From Amphiscolops sp. MND2022 (Eukaryota): a stretch of DNA of 60,000 bases. Each line of letters opens with the position of its first letter. Position 1 is the stretch's first letter. The translations under genes and the position numbers were made by a program. The notes beneath the pieces are model-generated. The model was not told the DNA's origin. It saw nothing but the letters and a program-made list of their open reading frames with translations, and did no database searches. The DNA lies in contig OZ076413.1 in assembly GCA_964187785.1 (NCBI GenBank), positions 44,208,001 to 44,268,000 of the forward strand, given 5' to 3'. Below are positions 38,831-48,900 of the stretch, one piece after another.

Positions 38831-39607
38831 ACAGTTGTTAGTTCATAAGAAATTGAAGCTTAGTTGATAAGTTCTGTCTTGAAACAAGCCAAATACTGTG
38901 AACGTATGTATTGACTGACTCTTTCATTTTAAAAAATTCAATGTCATGCACGACGCCAGTGCAAAAGAGCATTCTAGAAATTTGCTGAAACAAAAGCTAA
39001 CAGCATACTTTGGAACAAGAGATTACAAATTACAGAATAATAATAACAATTTGATTAAAGAAAAAACTATGTTGAGCATTTTGATATATTGGATATTCCA
39101 AATTTGGCCAACATGTTGTTTTTTTTGTTTCAAGTGTAAACAGGCTATTGTTCTTCTTTGTCACCTCAAATCGTTTTATAAATCAACAATTTTGCCCCAT
39201 TTTAGAAATCGGTTGCTTTCTAGCATTCTGCAGATTGATTGTTCATTTCAGTGTTGCACTGCTTGAGCGTTGTGCATAAATTGAATCTCCGCTGACCTTT
39301 ATATTAGAAGAAAAAAACAGCATTTGGAAAGGAACAATACATGAAAGTGAAGCTATGAAGCAACCAGGTGCATAAAAACCTAATCAGCAATCATCATTGG
39401 CGATATACGTAGATCAGAGAATAAAAGCGACTGTCTTATGCAGAAACACTCTTTAAGTAGTTAACGAAATTCTAATATAAGCGAAAGATTTTTCTGCTAG
39501 ATCCGAATCCAGCGTTTTTTCTTGGACATCTGGATCGTTTAGACAACTGGATAAATTCAAAATTACACACGCGTTGAAAAAATTGACGAGCCAGCGAACC
39601 GGGTTTT

Positions 39608-39690
39608 GTGACTTGCTCAAGGTCACAGGGGCCTGACTGCTCACCGTTTTTCTTGTTATTTTGCTTTTCTCCGCCAGATGAGTTATTTTC
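39608..39690 (-). mobile_element. SINE fragment (CORE-like segment)
   Basis: GTGACTTGCTCAAGGTCACA...TTTTCTCCGCCAGATGAGTTATTTT matches 22721-22805. Confidence 0.65.
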
Positions 39691-42398
39691 TCTTCGAGTG
39701 TTAGCGGTTAATCTTATGATCTCTTTGACTTGTGTTGAAACTACCGAGCTCACAAATTTGCAACAACTTTGGAGCCTACCCCGATCAAAAGAATCAGTTT
39801 TAGAAGTAAAAAAGAATCATGTAACCTTGAAAACATTCGAGCTGGCTGCAAAACCACTTTTTGATCGATATACTAACAATAGGTATGCATGGATGTTTTC
39901 CTTTTTAACGGTATCATTTAAATGCGAGAACCATATTGTTTCATTTGAAATATGCCCTCAATGGCAACAATATGCTGGAGCCATGTCCGGACACTTAGTC
40001 CAAAGTGGCAATTAAGAATACAAAATGCATGAATACAAATTTTCGTATAGACACAATTTTTTATTCAAAAGTTGCAGAACCTTCACCTCATTGAAAAAAA
40101 GTAAACAATGTGTATCTTTTGCACTTGGTTGTCTGGAGACGTATTTCTTGCTTGTTGTACGTTCTTGTACTTATTCATTTTATAACACGCCCAACGGGCA
40201 AGGTAAAAAATGGATGTATGAATTATTTACAGACTTGATCAAAATAGGAAGGTTGTAGAAATTTGTGTTTACAAAGCACTGTGCACTTTCAAAGTCACAA
40301 GGCAGTATTTCCACTCCGTTTACTCCCGTATACAATTTCCTTTGAAGTGGGCTATTAAACTCAAGGGAGAAACAGCTTCTTAAATGAATGCAAAAGAAAA
40401 CTATCTTTTCCTATCTTTTTTCCCTTTATTCTTCAAATGCAATGACTTTTTGGTACAATATGACTCGAGTCCCACCAACGCACATTAATTTAGCCTGGAG
40501 TGAAAAAGAGAAAGAAATGTCACGAATGTTTAGTGAAATATGACAAAACTGGCAGAGAGCGAACTCTATGTCGACATACTGGCTTGTCACATTCAGACGG
40601 CCGAAATAAATCAATGCGAAGTTCATGCATAAATTAAAATATATGGCAAAAAATTTATTACAGCATATACCATCAAAGTCAGAACTTTTTTGGATTCACT
40701 GGGATCTTCGAGAGCTTTGTGTTAACAGAAGCCACGGACCATGTTTCTTATGCCCCCCCCCCCCCCGATACACCTTGTTTCGTATTCCCCAAAACGAAAA
40801 TACCTCTATTCATGAAAAAAAAATTTGCACGATTAAATGAATTTTATATGGTACTAATAGTAAAGGATTGTCTTTATTCAGCTGTTTTCACACTTCCAGC
40901 AGGAAATGACCCTGATTTTTTTTGATATTATTGTCAAAAATAACAAAACGCCTGGAACAAGCCAAAATCGTAAAGAAAATCCCTATTTCAGAGCAAACTT
41001 TCTCGGCCATGAAATAAACTAAGCAACTTAACGGTGAATCAATGTACAAGATAGGAGTATGTCGACATCAATTATTTTATTGAACCAAACTTGGGGGAGG
41101 GGTCCGAAGTCACAAAAAAGACAGGATGAGTCGACCCTTTTTTCTAAAATGATCTTGAAACGTCCATAGAATTAACCTCTGACCAAAATAACATTATGTT
41201 GTAGAACCGAAGACTTATACAGTGAAGCTTGCGAACAATAAATTTACCTTAATCATCCCAAATGCGGAGAAGAACAATTTTTTAAAATAATATTCTAATC
41301 AGTGAGGCTTTTTGCAATGATAAAAAATTATATCAATCAGGGTATTTTGTTATAGTAAATGAAAATAGTGCTCTAACATAAATGAAAAGATATCCTTTTT
41401 TTTTACTTCTCAAAGCAGTGTGTTTCTAATTTGTCTAAAACTTATCCATGTCAGATCAGTAGTCTTCTATGCTTCTCTTGTCGTTAGAGTTGCCATTTTT
41501 GTGACTACTTACCAACAATCTGAACTCCTCAAGTTTCCAATCTAACTGACCGAATTGAACCAAATTGGTATCACATGGCACAGTGGCGAGCAAGGGGCCC
41601 CTATCAATTTTTGGTTGATCTACACCCTTCAGAATCTCGGCTTTTGTGGAAAATATTGTGGCTGAAATTAACAAATGTTGACAAGGAAGTAGAACAAATT
41701 AATTGAATCAGAAGCTTGGGGATCGAGATAATGACCAATAGCTGGGCTGTGTCTAAGTGTGTCTAATGAACACGTGACTGAAAACCGGAACTCGGATTGC
41801 AAACATCTGAGCCCCTGTTATCAAGTCTCCGCCCAGCCCCCTTGGGAAAAACCTCTTGTTAACATACCTTGTTAGTGTACGAATGAGTTTATGGTCTAAA
41901 ACGTGATAAATTCACAATATATTATACGATTGTTTCGCTATAATCTGTGAAAATATCAGCAGTTCGCAATAGGGATAACCATCTTGTCGAAAAACATTTT
42001 TCAAATCTAATTTTTTCTAAATCAATGCAAAGTTGACTCAACTTTTCAACATTTTTTCGGAAAGTACAAAGACAGCAGTATATAAAGATGCCTTACCAAA
42101 TCTCCGAAATCGGAATCTCTCCCGTAAAATTCTAATACAAATACACGTCAAGTAACATGGACCAAATTATAAAACGTTTAAAAAATTTCAGTGATTCAAG
42201 AAGTTGAAATTGATTTGAAAAAAAGCGCGAAAATTTGGTGTCCATTAACTTTCTGAATCAAAGTTTTTGTATTTTAGCAACATAATTTTGAGAAAGATCG
42301 AGCAAGTCAGCGTGAAGAAGTATAATTTTGAAAAATGTTGGCACTTCTTAGTACTTCACTTTTGGCTCTTATCATTATTTCCTTACAGATAATATTTA

Positions 42399-44669
42399 TT
42401 ATTTTCCGTCCATATTCCATATGGAAAAGGAAAATATTTAAATCAAACGGGTTTTTTTTACAAAATTTGCCAAGAATTTATTTATATCAAAGCTAAAGGG
42501 TTTCAACCATAGAATTCAGCTGATGTAAAATTAGCATCATGCGGTATGTATTTGTGGAGATTTTTGGAATTTTTTGGTTGACCCCGAAGACCCCAGAATG
42601 ACCCAAAAATGACCCAAAAATAGTGAAAACTGCAAAATTTTCCGATTTTTACCGTTTTTATGCAATTTTTGTCAGATTTTCGTTAGATTTCGTGGCTTTG
42701 AATGTTGAAAGAGAAAAATTTCGTTATCCAAGAGGCTTTTTCAAAGAAATAAATGCAACTTTATAAAGAAAAAATTCCTCAAATTGCAATCGAAATTAAA
42801 AAAAACTTCCAAAAAGTTCGGATTATTACTGTTTTTATGCAATTTTTGTCAAATTTTTGATACACTTGCTAGCTTAGAAAATTGGAAACATTCAACAAGG
42901 AAAGATTTTGTTGTCCAAAAGGCGTCGTCGAAGTTATAAATGCAAATTGATTTGTAAAAATGCCTCAAATTTAGACAGAAATTTTCAAAAATACCAAAAA
43001 TTGAGGTTTTTGAAAATTTTATGGAGTTTTTGTGTACTTTTTGAAACACTTGGTGGCTTAGAAAATTAAAGACGTTCAACAAGAGACAAATTTGTTGTTA
43101 GAGAGGCTTTTAATAAGAAGTAGATAGAGTTTTCTAAAGAAAAAAACGCACAATTTGCGACCAAAAATGATGAAAACTTCAAAATGTACCAATTTTTCAC
43201 ATTTTATGCAACTTTTGTCAAATCTCTAGAGATTTCGTGAACCAAAACGTTGAAAAAAATCAACAGCGAATGTTTTCGTTGTCCAATAGGGTTGTTTTCG
43301 GAGAAAAATGCAGTTTTGTAAAAAAAATGCAACAAGGATCACGAAATAGTCAACAAATCTTACTTTTTTTACATTTTTGTTTTTTTTCCAACGCAACTTT
43401 TGTAAAATCTTCAACCATTTCATGGATCAAAACTCTGAAACGGTTCAACAACAACTGAAGGGGTTCTCCTGTAGGCTTTTTGTTGGGATATGTGGCAGTT
43501 TCTGATAAAAAATTAGGCTTTAATTTGACACAAAAATTGACTAAAAGTCCTAAAAAATCCAGTTCATGTAGGTTCTTCATGTTATTTGAGTATCTATTTT
43601 GAGCATATTGGTAAGTTAGATGGTTCAAAACGTTCCGAGGTGATAGAATCAGGTATGCAGTTTCTTTTCTGATGAGAAAATTACAGTGTTGTACATCAGA
43701 CACTTTTCAAGTTTGTCGTTTTTCCTGCAATTTGTGTTCAATTTTTGAAAATTTCTGTGACCAAGAAAGTTCAAAACACTCAAAAACGATGAAACTAGCT
43801 ATGCAGTATGCTATTTTGAAGAAAGTTGCAGTATTCAGCTTCAAAAGTACTTCAAAAGTGGCCCTGATTAGTCCGATATGAAAAGTCTAAATTCAACATA
43901 TCCCATGCGAATTTCCGAATTTTTTGAGAAGTTTCCATCGTTGGAAGAAGGAAAACCCTCAAAAGCGAACGAATGCGTTATTCAGTAGGTTTTTTGCAGG
44001 TGAATTGCAGTTTCACGTTAGAAAAGAGCCTCAGAATGACCCCAAAATAGTCGAAAAAAATTTTGGCAGTTGTTTGACAAATTAGTGAATTTCTATTAAA
44101 AGTTACCAAAATTTCGTAAAATTCTAAAAGTCTAAATTATTTGAGAAGGCATGCAGAATGTCCAAAAAATCTACAATTGTGTATGCAAAAAGTTCGTCAG
44201 AATGATTTGAACTTTAGCGAAAATCCGTTTTTTGTTTTTGAAATATTGATATACTTTTATGTAAACGTTTCGAGCAATTTTGTAATTGAAGAATGAGTGG
44301 ACCCGTTATCCAAAAAGCGTTTTTGAAAAGACATCTAGAGTTTCTTATAAAAGTTCCTCAAATGACCGCAAAGTTGTCGAAAAGCAAAAATCTACAATTT
44401 TTGACATTTTTGGCAACTTCACGCAAATTTAAAGAAATATTGATTGGTTAGGTTACACACAATCTGACGAAAAAACAAATAGGTGTTTGGTGTCTTCTTA
44501 AAGTGTTTCCTTCTGAAATGTCAAAACATTATTCAAAAAGTGTCAAACTTTTTTCCATCAAACCTCTAAGCGTTTTCATAGTGTAATGGCTACTCTTGAG
44601 TCTCAAAACTATGTCATTGCTTGAACAGTTTGTACGGAAAATATCCTGCCGGTCAGCGGGCGTCTTGTT
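42399..44669 (+). mobile_element. Long DINE-1/HINE-like element (~2.3 kb)
   Basis: TTATTTTCCGTCCATATTCCATATGGAAAAGGAAAATA (subTIR plus IR) at the start and CGGAAAATATCCTGCCGGTCAGCGGGCGTCTTGTT (subTIR, stem-loop, CTTGTT) at the end. T-rich junctions, no TSD. Confidence 0.8.
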
Positions 44670-45348
44670 TAATCTTTCGATCATTCCAAAAAAATTGCGT
44701 GAAAAGAGAAAAGTTTGGATTTTCTGTCTACTTTAAGGTCTTCTGAGAAATGATAATTTCCGCTTGACATTTTTGTATGAATTGCTGTTAATCTGAGATT
44801 TTTATGATTGCACAAAGCTGCGACTCATCCTTCGAAAAGTGTACTACAAAGCTACTTCTTTCGTCTTTGAATTTTTGGAACCTTCTAATCTACAACAAAA
44901 TTCTTTTAAAAAATTTTCAAAATCTATGCAAAAAATGTTAAATCTAGGAAAAGTTTGTAATTTTTTATAATTAGCGAGTAAGTAAAAAAAATCTCTACAG
45001 ATACATATCGCACGAAACTAATTTTATGTCACTTGAATTGTATGCGTGAACACCTTGAAGAAAATTCAAGAATTGGTTGAATTAAATAAACATTGAAGAA
45101 AGTTACTTTATGCGCTCAAATTTGTGACAGTTACAGCTCGATCAGAAGATCACGACAAAAAGAATTTTCCTTTTCTCGATTAAACGTAATGTAAAAAGTT
45201 CATTATTGTACGTCGTAGGAGGTGCCTAAAAATCAAATACTCTCATAAAGCACAATGAAAGGATCTCTGTTCTTTTGGTTGTTTTTTACAATTTCAATAC
45301 GATGATTTTTGAAACAACTTTAGTTGTTTTGTTCCTAGTAAATTCTTG

Positions 45349-45814
45349 TGTTATGCGTTGCATTACTCATTGATGAATTTTGACTCATGAATGACTTTGA
45401 CTTTGTTTTGAATGAATCATACTTGTATTGAGTCAGCCAGTTTATGAAATTTTGACTCATGAATGACTTTGACTTTGTTTTGAATGAATCATACTTGTAT
45501 TGAGTCAGCCAGTTTATGAAATTGAAGTAATGTCCCGCTCATGGATCTTCAAAAGAATGAGTTACGCTCAGAAAAGACATTCAAGGTTATGTTTTCCCAG
45601 TCCTTCTCTTTATCGCCATTTGTGAAACATTTTAACTCTTAAATAAGCCTATAGTAAATGAAGCATTTCCTAGCCCTTTTCCAAACCCTAAAATTTACTA
45701 TTATGAAGTCTTTCACTAATTTTACGCTATTTTATTTCCGGTATTTGGAGACTGCCGTCTTACAGGTATCAAGTAGTCTTTGTTTTAATCTTTCTTCAGT
45801 ATTTATAATTAATA
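45349..45814 (+). repeat. 5' LTR (466 bp)
   Basis: TGTTATGCG...TTAATA; matches the 3' LTR apart from an extra 72-bp unit and two substitutions seen. Confidence 0.95.
45376..45519 (+). promoter_or_regulatory. 2 x 72-bp enhancer-like repeat in the 5' LTR with four AP-1/bZIP consensus sites
   Basis: TGACTCA at 45381 and 45453; TGAGTCA at 45429 and 45501. Enhancer function is inferred from the motif only. Confidence 0.55.
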
Positions 45815-45818
45815 TTTC

Positions 45819-45831
45819 TGGCGCCCCAGTG
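45819..45831 (+). promoter_or_regulatory. Primer-binding site
   Basis: TGGCGCCCCAGTG 4 nt after the 5' LTR. TGG complements tRNA CCA; TGGCGCCC resembles tRNA-Lys-type PBSs, but the primer identity is unconfirmed. Confidence 0.7.
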
Positions 45832-45915
45832 TTCACGTTTACCCTTATTTTCCTTTTCTCGAGTTGTTACATTTACGAATAGTGTTAAATCACTTTCATT
45901 GAAAGAGTGTAAAAG

Positions 45916-48900
45916 ATGGTCAAAAAAAGAAATAAAGGCCAAAATGAGGCAACTGTGGCTGATGATGATGATGTAGAAAATGGCACTGAAGCCAATGAAT
46001 TGCATGCGGCTAATGGGCAATCCTCCAGTGATTCGTTTTCTCATTCGCAACTTGACCAAACTGATGATGAATTACAGCAACTTTTGTCGTTGCAGCAGCT
46101 TGGTCTTGATGAAATTCAATGCTCCCTTCAGTTTGCCAACAATTGTATTGAAACAGGGGAAGCAGTAGAGTTGTGTCAAGAGTTTTTCGAGGAAGCCCAA
46201 CAAAAAATTGTTGATTTTGAGTCTCTGAGAAAGCAAATAATTCTACATTCAAAATCTCACCTCAACCGCCAATCAACACAGCTCTCAGGAGTTAAGAATG
46301 ATCTACGAAGCCTTCGTTTGCAGATCATGAAAAAGCGCGCTTCTGATCAGTTGTCGCATCCTTCTGAAGTGTACCCAGTAACGAGAACTAATCCTCAACA
46401 AGTGTTTGGCAACCTACCATCTGATGAACTCCAAGGAACTTCTAACAACCCATTGCCTGCTTTCACAATACCTGACTCTTCTCTGCAATCAACAGCTCCC
46501 GCCGTCACATCAAATTTCCCTGGAATCAATGACACGTCATCACAACTCGAAACCGCAGCAAATCCGTTGCATGTCGCACCAAGGATTCATACTGAAGCAC
46601 CAGTTCCAAATAACAACGTTCTTCAGGGAGTTGGAGCTTCACAAAGAATGTCTTCAACTTTCCAGAAATCGATTCCGAAAGTCAAGCCCACAACTTTTAA
46701 TGGAGACCCACTTTTATGGTTAGATTGGATTGGCCTCTTCAACGCGACAATTCATTCATCAGACATGACAACAGCTGAGAAAATGACCCATTTACAAACT
46801 CTAGTAAAGGATCAAGCAAAATCAGTCATTCGCGGATATGGATACAATGGAGACATGTACTTCACAGCACTCAAACGACTCCAAGACAGTTTTGGAAATC
46901 CAACCAAAATTGTCACCTCTTTTCTACAACGCCTTAATTGCCATCCGATACCAACTCTTGAACAACCTGATTCTTTCACAGTGTACTCCAACTTTTTAAC
47001 TACCTTGGTTGACACTTTCGAGCAACTTAATTTTCAACACGACATTCGTTCAACAACTAACGTTCAACAAGCCTTGAGAAAGTTACCGACCGAAACTAGA
47101 CTAGCCTGGAATCGACATGCCGTCTCTTCAGGACTCAAACAGCCAACTCTAAATGATGTAACTCTTTGGTTACGGGAATTCGCTCTCGCCTGCAGTGAAA
47201 TGCCTGTACCACAGCAGACCACATCAATTAAAAACGGACAGCCTCAATTCTCTCATGATTCACGTTCATCATCAGGAACTGCCAATCACCACAAATCTTC
47301 TACCAATACGCCAAGATCAGGACCAACAACGGACGCTCTCAAAAAAGATTTCTGCCCTGAATCCAAAGGATGCCCTCTGCTTCGACAATGCCCGCACTTC
47401 AAATCTCTCGATCTTCAGAGCAGATACGATCACGTCAAAAAGTTGAAACTTTGTTTCAATTGCCTCGGACCACACGCCTTCAAAGATTGTAAATCTGAAA
47501 CAACCTGCCGCACCGACGGTTGTCAACGACGACACCACACGTTGTTACACCGTGATCAGCACCCAGCAGTTTCTTCAGCCGTCAACACCCGACGTCACTT
47601 GCCAGGAATTGTACCTATTCTTCCAGTAACACTCTCTTACGGGAAAAACCAGATTTCCACATACGCCCCTCTGGACTCTGGGAGTTCCGTAACACTACTC
47701 GCTGAATCAGCCGCCAAGCTGCTTCAACCCGACCTCGAAAGGAACCAACAACTCAGTGTAACAGGAATCAACACTGTCGCCGAAGTTGATGTCGCAACGA
47801 TACAATGTTTCATTGGACCGTACAACTCCCCAGTTCAGCCTCACAGACTCGATAAAGTTTTTTCAGTGCCAACACTGAACGTTCAAACAGCACAACCTGC
47901 ATTTCTCAACTCAGTTTGTCAGCAGCACCCTCATCTTAATCACGTCAAATTTCCTCAGTTATCATCCAATTCCGTTTCGCTTCTGATTGGTGTAGACTCA
48001 TACGATGTGATCTGCAGCCGAGGAGTCATTCACGGACCACCTAATACACCAAAAGCATTGCACACACTTCTTGGATGGACAATAGTCGGAAATAGCAGCC
48101 ATCAACTACCGACAACAGCACAGACACTCCTTGTCAGGACACCAACAATGGACGACGAACTTTTTCAGCAAGTCCACCGTTGGATGCGTCAAGACATTGA
48201 AGGAGTCTCATCAGCCAAGAAAGCTTTTTCATCCAACGATCGCCGCGCCGAGAAAATTCTCCAATCTACAACAACGAAAGTTGAAGGTCGCTACCAAATC
48301 GGTCTTCTCTGGAAAGAAAACGTCGACCTGCCAAATAATCGGTGGGTTGCCGAACGTCAACTTTCCGGCCTTGAACAACGTTTGGAAAAAGATTCTAATT
48401 TGAAACAACTATACCAGAAAACAATCGATGACGACCTTGCCACAGGTTACATCGTTCGAGTGCCGCCAAACGACACAACCGTCAAAAAATGGTATCTTCC
48501 ACACCATCCAGTTACCAACATCCACAAACCTGGAAAGGTTCGCCGAGTGACAAACGCCAGCAGTGTCTTCAAAGGAAAGTCACTCAATAGCAGTCTACTG
48601 ACTGGATCAGACTTTCTTTGCAACCTCACAGGATTAATATTGCGCTTCCGACTACACAGAGTCGCGATATCTGCGGAAATCGAGGCTATGTTCATGCAAG
48701 TTCTCGTGGACCCCAAAGATCGACCGTTTCTACGCTTCTTGTGGCGGAACAACAAAACAATGTTCGACTACGAATACACTAGACACATATTTGGCGCAAC
48801 CGACTCACCATGTGTCGCCTGTTTCGCCGTGCAATGTTGTGCCAACGACAATGCAGACGATCATCCGGACATTCCAGCAATCGTTCAGAGGAACATTTAT

